A stretch of 38,058 bases of DNA. Origin: Azolla caroliniana (lineage: Eukaryota; Plantae; Polypodiophyta). Below the pieces are notes generated by a model. That model searched no databases. It was given only the letters and a program-made list of their open reading frames with translations, and was not told the origin of the DNA. Location: positions 1-38,058 of the forward strand of contig JBHGNT010000297.1 in assembly GCA_043228905.1 (NCBI GenBank). Direction: 5' to 3'. The translations under genes and the position numbers were made by a program. This document shows positions 11,884 to 24,000 of the stretch, piece by piece (within the stretch, counting starts at the first letter, position 1; each line of letters starts with the position of its first letter).

Positions 11884-12405
11884 ATGGTGAGGATTTGGAG
11901 AAGGATATTCAAGAGCAAGCAACCATTGATGCATTCTACTTTCATGCTACCCAAGTGTGCCAAATTCTCACTTCCTCGTATTTCTAGTAATGAAGCATTC
12001 AACGAGTTATACTATCAAGAACAATGTGAGCCCTTGTTCACTTGTGATAATAATAATAGGTCACCAATCAATTCATTATTAAAGTCATCATCCTATTTAA
12101 AGTCGTCGTTTAGTTCCCCCTCAAGCATGACTAATATCAATGCTATTTGTAATAAGAAGAGTCATGTTGAAACACCTAGGGGATATTTGAGTCTGTATGT
12201 GGGTGAAGAAAGGAAGCGGTTCCTTGTAAAGGCAAGTATGGTTAACCATCCTTTGTTTGCAATCTTGTTAGAGAAGGCAAAAGAAGAATTTGGGTTTGAT
12301 CAAGAGGGACCCATCACTATTCCGTGTGATATCGCCTTCTTTGAGCACATTGTATTGTTAGTTGAATGCGACAATTCATCCCAAAATAATGCATCAATCT
12401 TATAA
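11884..12405 (+). CDS. SAUR: SAUR auxin-responsive family protein, copy 1 (173 aa)
   Basis: Auxin_inducible domain TPRGYLSLYVGEERKRFLVKASMVNHPLFAILLEKAKEEFGFDQEGPITIPCD; intronless; first ATG at 11884. Confidence 0.95.
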   Translation: MVRIWRRIFKSKQPLMHSTFMLPKCAKFSLPRISSNEAFNELYYQEQCEPLFTCDNNNRSPINSLLKSSSYLKSSFSSPSSMTNINAICNKKSHVETPRGYLSLYVGEERKRFLVKASMVNHPLFAILLEKAKEEFGFDQEGPITIPCDIAFFEHIVLLVECDNSSQNNASIL

Positions 12406-12811
12406 ATGCGTTGTTGAATGTAATTTAAATTATCTAGGTTCATTCATCTCCAAATTTCTTTGTACATGATGAAACTTACCACTATAACTAAAAAATAGTT
12501 ATGAGTTGGATTCCAAAAGTTATGATGGGACAAATTGATTGATCCCACCATATCACAAATGTATACACCACTAATTTGCTATAAAATTGCTAAAGTTCAT
12601 CCAATCCTGTAACTAAGTATTTTGAACGAGTTATTGTACTCTATATTAATGTCCTTTGTCGAGTTATTCATGCAATTGATGAACTTTCCATGTTATAACT
12701 TATAAATAGTTTGATTAGGCTACATGTTGTGGATGATGTCCCAACACACCATGGAATATGTTGCCTTGAAAAACATTTGCTAAACAAATTCAGGATTATA
12801 AGAGAGATACA

Positions 12812-13330
12812 TGGAATTTGGTTTGCACAATTCTAAATTTCATGATATATATAATCTACGTATCAATTAAATAACGATTTATACAATATAACCAATTTGA
12901 GTTTCAATGTACAATAGATTTTAGAGTGGAGATAGGCTTTTTCATTTTAATACAATAATGGTGAACATGTTAGTAACTTGTATACCGAATTTGCGTCACA
13001 TAATTCTAAATGTCATGATATATCTTCGTATCACGAACTTACTTGTTTGCATAGTACAACTACGTGGAGCTTCATTGTATGATTGAGTTTAGACTAGAGA
13101 CAGCTTTTGCCATCTCAATACACGAAAGGTGAATGTGAGAGTACCTTGGTTGGCAATGAGGTGTATGGAATTTGCTTCGCACAATTCTAAATGTCACAAT
13201 ATATATTTTATCAATAAAATATCCATTTGCATAGTACTATCAAGTGAAGCTTCAGTGTATGATTGAGTTTGAACATTAGACATGTTCTACCATCTGGATG
13301 CAAGAATGACAAATATGTGAGTACTTGGAT
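12812..13330. repeat. Three diverged ~175-180-bp tandem repeats downstream of SAUR1 (two in unit 2)
   Basis: GAATTTG..N..CA(C/T)AATTCTAAAT(T/G)TCA recurs near 12813, 12988 and 13168. Confidence 0.8.
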
Positions 13331-13926
13331 TCACTAAAATTATAACTACATTATCGGCACTTTGACTACATACTACAGATGACCAAATCTCAAACTTTGT
13401 CATGAGGAGATGGGTTGTTGGAACCATAACCATATTTTAGTACATAAATAACCTAACACTTGAAAATCTACCACAAAAAAGTTGTGAATCCTTATTTTCC
13501 AATGTTTCATACCAATATTTCCCAAAAAATTACTTATTATTCCTGGTGTCCACCCAAGATTGAGTTCATAGGCAGATACATTTTAAGAGGTTGAGTTCTG
13601 TAGCTCTCACATGATTCGCTAGATTATATTAGCCTTTGATGATTTCATAACCGATTATTGTAAAAACAACCAAAATTGTAGTGTCAAGCTTAGCAATTCC
13701 AAGGAAAACAAAAACCCGTTTTGATTAATCATGAAACTGGAAAAAAACCACCGAAATCGTGGTATTAAACTTAACTGTTGTTTAAAGCCTATTTTATATC
13801 AAAACTTATGTATATTTCTCCATGTCTTTGTCTTAATCTCCCACTTCCTCACTACTTTTGTCTCCCTAGTCCAAGGCCCCGGCGGTCCCATTCGAGCGAC
13901 ACATGCATGCGAAACTTTGCGGCACA

Positions 13927-14951
13927 GTAGTGGTTGTAATGTAATAATGGTATGCGGATTAAGCTAGCTTGTTATATAGTATGGTGCAACAATGCAATTA
14001 AAGTGTGGATCTCCAAGTGGGCACATGCATGAGGGCACACTATATATTCCATGATTGGGATACAACATGAGCTACAAAGGTGGGCTATTAATGGACATAG
14101 TGGCTCCTTTATTTGATTATAAAAACGGTATGTATGACCATTGTTGAGAATACTAGGCCAATCTTGTAGAAAAGGAAGTTTGAACTTCCCTTTATAAACA
14201 ATTATGACGAAAGCTATCATATGTTGTAAGGTTCGACGATGCATGAGGAGATAGACCCCTTAGATCACTCATATATATTTGTAGTTCCTTATTATCTTCT
14301 TATGTATTGTTACAATTTTAACTTTATAGCACAATTTCATCATTGCTGCAACCACCTTTAAACATATTATGTCAATTCCAATTTGTCATGGAGGGTCCAT
14401 ATAGATCGGATATGTAAACTATGTCTTTTCGTACATCATAAGGGTGCATATAAATGCATATGAATCGTTATAACGTTGATAAAGTCATAGACCATGGTGT
14501 GATATGACCATATATACTCCATGCATAATAAACTCCCATATTCCAGTGTTTTTCACAAGAATACAAATAAAAAGTTATATATTGGCAATATTTGCAACTT
14601 ATCCTAAACTAGCTTTTCACAAGAATACAAATAAAAAGTTATACATTGGCATTATTTGCATCTTATCCTACACTAGCTTTGTTTTCATGACAAACTTACA
14701 ATCCTGAATATAGGGTGGCTTTATGGCTTACTAGTTTACAAGTTTACAAGTTGAAATATCTTGTCACTTCATTATCTAGAGTTTATTGAGATTTTCTGCC
14801 CATAGTTGTCCTTCATTACCCCTATGCTTCACGAAGGGTATTTTCCCCTAGAAGATACAACTTACAAGACAAACATCCTATGTGTTTTCCATTACAATAA
14901 ACCATCTAGTAAAGTTTATTTTGTCTCCACATTGATCCTTGTTTTATTAAT
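13927..14951 (+). repeat. ~1-kb block duplicated at 33327-34514
   Basis: Colinear match from GTAGTGGTTGTAATGT to CCTTGTTTTATTAAT; the second copy carries a MITE insertion. Confidence 0.92.
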
Positions 14952-15206
14952 AAATAATTGATGAAAAAAGTTCAGAGTTTTGGGTGAGAGTATTACTTTG
15001 ATTTGAACATACGATGGAATGCATCTTGTAAATCCCCATCATTCTCTTGAGCCTTGGAAAACCCTGGGAAAAGCTGCAGAATTCATGAAGACCATACCAT
15101 GTAAGAGTAATTGTAAGCAGAAATGGAATTAGTAGTAGTATCATAAGCCTTCTATGGGTAAGTACGGAGTGTGTGTTCACATTAAGAGAATCCGCTAAGT
15201 AAATTT

Positions 15207-15441
15207 CATAGTATGTAATATCCTAGAATGGATTGGGCCAACATTCTTTTTCATACGAATGAGAGCGAATGCATATGCTATCAAAACATTCTTGTGTTTT
15301 TTTTACACTTTTTACCTTTAACTTTCTTACCTTATAATAAATAATGAATACAAAAGTATGGTATTTACCATACTTCGGAGTGTGTTTACCACACTCGAAT
15401 GATTAAAACATTCACGAATGGTACGCATGGTTCATATTATG
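15207..15441. mobile_element. Diverged member of the CATAGTA hAT-type MITE family
   Basis: Ends CATAGTATGTAA...GGTTCATATTATG; internal AAACATTCTTGTGT and AAAAGTATGGTA shared with 33559-33757; no clean TSD. Confidence 0.6.
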
Positions 15442-15649
15442 CCGCTAACACTTGTGAAACCCGGGGCCGGACAAGTTGTCCTCATAACAATTGCAATTCA
15501 AATATGAATGAGACTTTCTCGGGAGATGGTGTACCGACAAAAAGGAATGCAAATATGCTAATATGTCAAAATTGGAATATTACATTGTAAATATTACGCC
15601 CTTGAAATTGTGGAAAGCTTAAATAGCTTGCCATTGAGTCTACTCTAGT

Positions 15650-16170
15650 CATAGATTGAATAAATCTACTAGTTCCCCAGTTAAAGGCAGAAAATAGAGC
15701 ACATTATGCATTTGAGAACACATGCAATGGTGGAGAAATTAAATGTTGGGTCCTCAAGGAAATACGTTTTTGACATATCAATGACACCAATGGTTCTCTA
15801 TGGGGTCGAAGTATAGGGAGACAGCATCACTTATAAGTCCACTTGAAAAGTGTTTGAAAATGTCCAAAAGCATTTTCTTAAACAAAGCGTAACAAAGTCG
15901 AGAAACAAATGTCATACACCCTCCTACTTTTTGAGATGTAATCCTTCCCAATGAGATGAGGCCATGAAAAAGGTTGTTGAATACATTCTTAAGGTTCAAA
16001 AAGTCCCTCACATTGACTTCCTAAAATCGTATGAAAAGGCAGAAAGTTGTGCTTTAGTTAGATGCAAGTTATGGAAAAAATGGTTTGGAAGATGGGTTGT
16101 AACACACTTCCTTCATGGTACATCAATTGCATCTTCTATGCATGAGACCTTTTTGCAATCCTATGTGTCA
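15650..16170 (+). mobile_element. Degenerate RTE/RTEX-like LINE ORF fragment (post-RT region)
   Basis: Broken translation YAFENTC...KCWVLK..VFD..TPMVLYGVEV*G..FENVQK..LP..M..VVEYI. Confidence 0.65.
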
Positions 16171-16776
16171 TGACATTGAGAAAATATGGAGGCTCATGCT
16201 TCACACGTTATATTGCACCAAACCCAATCCTTGCACTCTAAACAAGAATTTGCTACTAATGAAATTTATTAGTAAAGTTCTAGAACATCAAGAATCTATT
16301 ACTGTACTTCACATGTATTGTGTGGAAATGTTATATTTTTTGTCTCATAAGTCATATTTAACCTCTAAAGACGATTTAAAACCTATATATCTATATATCC
16401 CTCATTTTTCATGAGATTATTGTTAAGTGATTTACTCTAAGCCTGGTGTTATTCTCCTTCAACTTGATTGTGGTGTACATAAACTTATCAAAGCCTAGTT
16501 TGCTCCATTGGGTGTGCTTTTTTGTGTCTTAACTAGTAAGCATGGTTTACATTTTGGCACGAATTAACCTCTTGGTTATAGTAACTATTTAAGAGGAAAG
16601 AAAGAGTTCCTTAGCTCATAATATACGAATGTTAGTAGCTTGAGAATGTCTGACAATCACTCTTACCCATTTTGTCAATGAAGGGGTAATGGAGTATTGA
16701 ATCAACACATTGTAGAGAAATATGTCTACTCAATCCAACATACTAAATATATCGTAGTTTATGAAATATCAATGTA

Positions 16777-19700
16777 ATATATTGTAACATTTAGAAAATG
16801 GTTAATTATGCTCGAAATTAAAATGTTGATTAAAACAATGGTCATTAGTGTTGAACAAATATGCACGAATTGTTAATGAATGACATTCATCCTTATTCAA
16901 TTTACATTCCTCATTACAAATCAAGATCATTAGGTCATATTATACAAATTGAGTGATGATAAAGATAAGGACAGGCTAGTTAGCAAAGAAATAATGTAAT
17001 GAATACATGATTAGTGGATGCCCATTTAAAAACATCGACGTACTTTTCACAAGGGAATCTTTTGATGGTACCCTTGATAGTGCTAACAAGAGGAGTGCTT
17101 TTGATATGTCATCAAACAAGGAGTGTACCCTCATGGGTGCATTTGATATTCCCCCGATACTACTCCTAATACATTGTGGTGGTGCTTTTGATCATATTGT
17201 TGGTACTTATACAACGGGTTTGTTTGATATTCCCCCTAATTAAAATCACTCATCCATGCATTTGATAGTATTGTCAATACTTATACATGGGGTTTGTTTG
17301 ATCCAATGGTATCCTTGCTTGCACAATTCGAAAACCTATAGGGAGATTCAGAGTCACAAGAGTCGGCACAAGCACAATTCCTCTCACTCTGGGCAACCAC
17401 ACCATTGGTGGACTTCACATCATGATATCCAAAATGGTGCTTCCAGCCACCTCACTTGCTCTACCCCCTTTGGCATGCAAATCACCCATATTGCTTTCAA
17501 TGATATCAATGTCTAGCTGCGTTCAGAAGCTTTCTAGTTATGTCTTGATGCTTGTTGAAAAATAACATGTTTTGTAAGGAAATCGTTTGGTGTTACGTGG
17601 ACAACAATTACCCCACCTTTTTTATCTAAGGTGTCACAAAACGATAGCCAAATATATATGGAAGCGACCTAGAAATAGTAGAGTGTACATAGCCTGATTT
17701 GTATACGCCTTGGTCATTTTCTTACAATAAAGAAAAGTAAATTCCTTATGCACAAATTTACTCTATTTTGCTTGAATTGCATAAGTTAAAGTGGTGAATG
17801 GATATCTACACTAAGATGTGTCAAAACAATATTGAATCCCTCCCTAAAAACACATATAGCATGAAACTTCGTCGTTATATAGAGGATAGCTCTTCCTCGA
17901 TAATGGACTCCTCCCAACAAACACAATGCATGTTGACATAAAAAGAAATATATCTAATCAAAGAAGGGTTCATAAAATATAGTTGAGAAGGAAGGGACAT
18001 AACGAAGAAATGTTCTTGAAACTTTGTTATTTTGTTCACTGTATGCTCTAAATATAAGGAAATCTTGTTAATGTACTAGCTTAGAATTTATATTATTATT
18101 CTCATTGCTTAGCATGTTCAACTTGGATTCTTTGTTTTTCTTAAATATTTATTGAATAATGACTTTGATAGAAACGTGTGACAAAATATGTTGACGAATT
18201 ATGGTCGGAAGAAAACCCTATGATAGGCCCAATGAGAACGATTCATTTTAGCTTAACTATTGGTTCATTGCATAATAAAGTCAAACCAAATGACAAAGAC
18301 AATTATAGAAAGAACCGATATTATTCACAAACATGAAAAGTTGTTTTTGTATTTTTTAACCTGTCGAGGCTAACGGCGGATGGTCTGAAACTTGGGAAAA
18401 GACTACTAGGGGAGAATCTATCTTCCCATATAAGTGAGGAAATGATGCACATATTATCTACATATAAAGTGAGCTCTAGTCCTAGGCTCCTAGCTCTATA
18501 CATAAACAAATAAAACTTGGGGGGAGGGCTATGAGTGTGTCCTTTATTATTAATCATGGATCATATCAATAATTAAGGCCATGATAGCCATTATATAAGT
18601 TGCTCACACATTTATTAATTGCAACCTCTCTCTCTCCTGTGTTTCCTAACCTTATTTTCAGGACAAGTTATACAATCTATATTGTTTGGGTCTAAGAGGC
18701 CACATTCACTTGTTTAGAAACGTTAATACGGTTCATTGTCATCTTCTATCCACTCCAAGCAAGAGACCGTCAAAGTGTACTCACAAATGGTGAGGATTTG
18801 GAGAAGGATATTCAAGAGCAAGCAACCATTGATGCATTCTACTTTCATGCTACCCAAGTGTGCCAAATTCTCACTTCCTCGTATTTCTAGTAATGAAGCA
18901 TTCAACGAGTTATACTATCAAGAACAATGTGAGCCCTTGTTCACTTGTGATAATAATAATAGGTCACCAATCAATTCATTATTAAAGTCATCATCCTATT
19001 TAAAGTCGTCGTTTAGTTCCCCCTCAAGCATGACTAATATCAATGCTATTTGTAATAAGAAGAGTCATGTTGGAACACCTAGGGGATATTTGAGTCTGTA
19101 TGTGGGTGAAGAAAGGAAGCGGTTCCTTGTAAAGGCAAGTATGGTTAACCATCCTTTGTTTGCAATCTTGTTAGAGAAGGCAAAAGAAGAATTTGGGTTT
19201 GATCAAGAGGGACCCATTACTATTCCGTGTGATATCGCCTTCTTTGAGCACATTGTATTGTTAGTTGAATGCGACAATTCATCCCAAAATAATGCATCAA
19301 TCTTATAAATGCGTTGTTGAATGTAATTTAAATTATCTAGGTTCATTCATCTCCAAATTTCTTTGTACATGATGAAACTTACCACTATAACTAAAAAATA
19401 GTTATGAATTGGATTCCAAAAGTTATGATGGGACAAATTGATTGATCCCACCATATCACAAATGTATACACCACTAATTTGCTATAAAATTGCTAAAGTT
19501 CATCCAATCCTGTAACTAAGTATTTTGAACGAGTTATTGTACTCTATATTAATGTCCTTTGTCGAGTTATTCATGCAATTGATGAACTTTCCATGTTATA
19601 ACTTATAAATAATTTGATTAGGCTACATGTTGTGGATGATGTCCCAACACACCATGGAATATGTTGCCTTGAAAAACATTTGTTAAACAAATTCAGGATT

Positions 19701-20305
19701 ATAAGAGAGATACATGGAATTTGGTTTGCACAATTCTAAATTTCATGATATATATAATCTACGTATCAATTAAATAACGATTTATACAATATAACCAATT
19801 TGAGTTTCAATGTACAATAGATTTTAGAGTGGAGATAGGCTTTTTCATTTCAATACAATAATGGTGAACATGTTAGTAACTTGTATACCGAATTTGCGTC
19901 ACATAATTCTAAATGTCATGATATATCTTCGTATCAAGAACTTACTTGTTTGCATAGTACAACTACGTGGAGCTTCATTGTATGATTGAGTTTAGACTAG
20001 AGACATGTTTTGCCATCTCAATACAAGAAAGGTGAATGTGAGAGTACCTTTGACTACATACTACAGATTGACAAATCTCAAACTTTGTCATGAGGAGATG
20101 GGTTGTTGGAACCATAACCATATTTTAGTACTTAAATAACCTAACACTTGAAAACATACCACAAAAAAGTTGTGAATTCTTATTTTCCAATGTTTCATAC
20201 CAACATTTCCCAAAAAAATACTTATTATTCCTAGTGTCCACCCAACATTGAGTTCATAAGCAGATACATTTTAAGAGGTTGAGTTCTATAGCTCTCACAT
20301 GATTC
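16777..20305 (+). repeat. SAUR unit 2 of the segmental duplication
   Basis: Partner of 9873-13617. Confidence 0.97.
18787..19308 (+). CDS. SAUR: SAUR auxin-responsive family protein, copy 2 (173 aa)
   Basis: Identical to copy 1 at protein level except ETPRG to GTPRG. Confidence 0.95.
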   Translation: MVRIWRRIFKSKQPLMHSTFMLPKCAKFSLPRISSNEAFNELYYQEQCEPLFTCDNNNRSPINSLLKSSSYLKSSFSSPSSMTNINAICNKKSHVGTPRGYLSLYVGEERKRFLVKASMVNHPLFAILLEKAKEEFGFDQEGPITIPCDIAFFEHIVLLVECDNSSQNNASIL

Positions 20306-20448
20306 TCCAATTTACATATGGCTACTCGCATTAAGCACTTTGGACTAATACAACTCTAGGAAACCCAAGTCTTGCATAATCTTTACCTTTTTCTCCGTGA
20401 ACATATTTTGCAGGATGAGTCAAAGGACAATGTCTTCTTTGTCGATGG

Positions 20449-20970
20449 TAGGTAAGGCCCGACTTCAACTCAAACCTAACCGAATCGTTAAGTTATGGTT
20501 TAAGGGTTTATTAGTTCCAATATAATTAAATGGTTTGGTTTGGTTCAATTATTAGTAAACAGTTTGGTTCTAAAACTTGATTTTCTCGGTTTTTGGTTAA
20601 CTGTTTTTATTTCCTTATGGTTTAATTAATGATTTCTTGTTCAATGATTTTATTAATTTAACTTACATGCTTGTTTGATTTAATGGTTATTTAATTACTT
20701 AATTAATTTGGCTCAAAAGGTTATGTTTAAATTTGTGATTAAATGGTTCGGTTAGATTTTAACTTTTCCATAAACTGTCTCCTTCTATATTTTGTGTGTA
20801 CAGTTTTCAAGTAATATACTAATGTGCATCTTTCTTTGAAAAAAAAAATAAAAACTTTCATAAACTGATTGGTTTCACTTTTCCTAAGTGGCTTGGTTAT
20901 TTATTGTTTTCTATAAATGGTTTGGTTTGGTTTCACGGCAAAGAACCCAACCAAACTGGGCGCACAGCTA
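20449..20970. mobile_element. hAT-type MITE (522 bp), 8-bp TSD GTCGATGG
   Basis: GTCGATGG at 20441-20448 and 20971-20978; imperfect TIRs TAG(G/C)TA.GGCCC / GGGCGCACAGCTA; AAACC/GGTTT subterminal repeats. Confidence 0.8.
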
Positions 20971-21024
20971 GTCGATGGTAGCAATATGTGGTATGTAGTT
21001 GGGTACGCCGTTATACATCTTCCG

Positions 21025-24000
21025 TAATATACATCAGCTCATCCCTCGAAGAGCTCGGGGGCTCCTTTGCTATCTTGGCAGGTCTTACCTTTTCAGATCA
21101 TCAACCGGTGAGACTAGACCTTAACCCACCCAACGATAGCAAGGGCAGTCTCAATGTAAAGATCCCCATAAAGATCATGAAGAGTGAAGAGGTGAAGGCC
21201 TGTTTACAGAGTATATGGCAGGACACCATGGGCAGTGAATCAGCCAACGAAGATCTGCAGAAAAAATTGGCCCTCTCCTCCTACTTTTTACAACAAGAGA
21301 CCAAGCGCGCCCTACAACAGGTTAGAGCCATTGAAACAAAATTAAGGAAGGCCGTTGCGGCAGCGCAACGGCTGTTACAGGTAGACCCTGGTTGCAAATG
21401 GTCTAGAGCTAAGCTAGAGGAAGCAAAGATGAAGGTACAGGAAAGGACTTTGGAGAAGAACCGAATGCTGTTTCGAAGAAACGCAGGATGGTGGGCTAGA
21501 AAAGACGACAAGGTCAACCGACATTTCTTTCACTACAAGGCACCCAAGGGTGGTGGTGGACGTATACACGGGCTGCGCAAACCAGACGGCTCAATAATGA
21601 AGGACAAGATTGAGGTTCTGGAAATGGCAACACAATACTATCGTGACCTCCTCGCACCTATGCATGTGAGGCAAAACTCGGAGCTGGCTGATCGAGTGAT
21701 GTCTTGCATTCACCCCAAGGTAACCCAAGAGATGGAAGTTGTGCTCGATAGTCCCATCTCTCGTTTAGAGCTCTCGGAGGCACTTAGGGGATTGCGAAGG
21801 GGTGCATGCCCCGGCCCCGATGGTCTCTCACGAGATTTCTTCGAGATTCATTGGGAATGTGTTATCCCGTCCTTGGAAGCCGGGTTCCAAGAGATTTGGT
21901 CCTCAGGAAAGATGTCGATTGGTCTGGCTGAGGGGATGATATATCTCATCCCCAAATCCCAAGAGCGAAGCCTAGAGTTGCGCCAATGGCGTCCAATCAC
22001 GATCCTTAACACGGCATACAAGATACTCGCTAAAGTCCTAGCTCAGCGATTAGCAAGCTTCTTACCGGACATCATACACGACAATCAAATTGGGTTTGTC
22101 AAGAACAGGTATATCTTTGATAATGTGTTGCTTCTTTGGGAAGCTATGGCATTGGCCGGTCGCTCCGTATCGAGCTCGGCTATTCTGATGCTAGACTTCG
22201 AGAAGGCCTACGACAGGGTGTTATGGCCCTTTTTGGAAAATGTGATGAGAGCTTTGGGCCTACCTCAAAAATGGAGGAATTGCACTTCTGCACTCTATCG
22301 GACAGCTACGAGTAGCGTGCTGATGGCTGGATCTAGGGGACCCGCCTTCCAACTACAACGCTCAGTGAGGCAAGGTTGTCCCCTAGCCCCATATCTCTAT
22401 CTCTTTGTAACCGAGGCTTTCTCCGCCTACTTACAAGCACCAACTAGCGGGCTGCGGGGATTGCCCATCCCCAATGCGACTGAAGATTTGTTGTTATCTG
22501 AATATGCCGATGATACAGTTCTTTTCTTGCAAGGTGATGAGGAGAATTTACAGCGGGCTGAACATCTTGTCGAGGACTTTTGTCAGGCGGTTGGTGCCAA
22601 GATCAATTGGAATAAAACCCAAGGTCTATGGTTCAGCGAACAGGAGACACCAAGATGGCAACCCCATGCCGATTTTACGTGGGTCCCTAGTGGGACGACT
22701 TTCAAGTACCTTGGATTTACGATGGGGAGGTCAATCCCCAAGGGAGCGCAATTGGCCCACGTACAAGCCAAAATAAGTAAGAAGCTGAACCAGTGGAGTA
22801 GATCTAAATTGTCCTTCGCTGGTAGGGTCCTTGTGGCGAACCAAGTGCTGCTCGCTACCATGTGGCACTCAGTCTCATGCTGGATTATGGACCCTGCAGG
22901 TTTGCACGCGATTAAGGCTGCCATTAGGGGGTTTATATGGTCAGGTAAGGACAACCCAAGGGCTGCCGCCAGAGTCTCATGGTGTTCGTTAACGCAACCG
23001 CGGGCCAAAGGGGTGCTTGGCCTCATAGACCCCTTAATGCAGAGTCGTGCATTGCTAGCTAAAATGGTGGTTCGCTGCCTCCTGCCAGGTAAGGGGTGCT
23101 GGAAGGTACTTCTTCGCAACAGGCTGCAAGTAGGGACTCCCAAGTATGGTAGGCCTTGGCCCGACTCCTTGAATTGGTGCTGCACGAGCGGAGTCCCACC
23201 CAGGCTGGCTTGCCATCCAGAGGACAGGGTCACGAACTCCATCTTGCGGGCATGGTGCCATATACGACAACATTTGGTCAAGCACACCCCGGAGACATTG
23301 ACCGAATGGACTAGACAGCCACTATTCTGGAATCCTCATGTGCGAACGAATGACAACGCGATGCTAGGGCAACTTAAGGGCCTAGCATGGGGAAAGTTGG
23401 CACAAACAGGCCTCCTATCTATAGCCGATTGGAGACGCATGGCTGATTCGGGAAGAGCCCAAGAGGACCTTTTCCCTCCCCTCAAGAGAGCTACGAAAAT
23501 GCGGAGACTGATAGCTAAGGCAGTTGACAAGGTTCCGATGGGGGAGGCGAGAGAACATGCATGGTTCGGTCTCTTTGACGAGGCTGGAATGGTCAAGTCG
23601 CTAAAGGGCATGAGCGGATCGGGGAGTGATACAGTTTTTGGGGACAGCCAGAGCAGCGGCTCTTGGCACCCAATCCGAGTGGTGGCACAGATTGATAACA
23701 TCTGGAAGACAGACCCGGATGTTGCTAAGGTGGAACCCCATTGGAGGTTAAGGGTATACGGTTGTCGCCCCCTTATCGATCTGGATTGGGACCCCGAGGA
23801 TTTCAGATGGAAACATGACGATAGACTCCACCACTTCTTCGATTACACCACTAAATTGGGTCGGACTTTGTAGTTGCAGCCAGGCGGCCCCCTTCGCAAC
23901 GGCTGGCGAACATTGGGCATCCCCGATGAGGCGCTCATTGCCTTTTGGAAGGGTCTTTGGCATCTCCACATGCTTGAAAAGATTAAGCTCTTTTGGTGGC

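Larger units (their letters stand above)
9873..13617 (+). repeat. SAUR unit 1 of a segmental duplication (partner 16777-20305)
   Basis: Near-identical to 16777-20305 at offset 6903-6904 over most of its length; about 13148-13360 is absent from the partner. Confidence 0.97.

Noticed and set aside
12406-12930. DST mRNA-instability element typical of angiosperm SAURs
   Set aside because: Only an isolated ATAGATT about 500 bp downstream, inside a repeat; the full GGA/ATAGAT/GTA arrangement was not found.
13915-13932. CACTA-like terminus (CAGTAGTG)
   Set aside because: GTAGTG is part of the block shared with 33327; no partner TIR or 3-bp TSD seen.
23871-23873. Programmed read-through of the single TAG in LINE-B
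   Set aside because: LINE-A has a sense codon in the aligned region and LINE-B is 5'-truncated; a simple nonsense mutation explains it.
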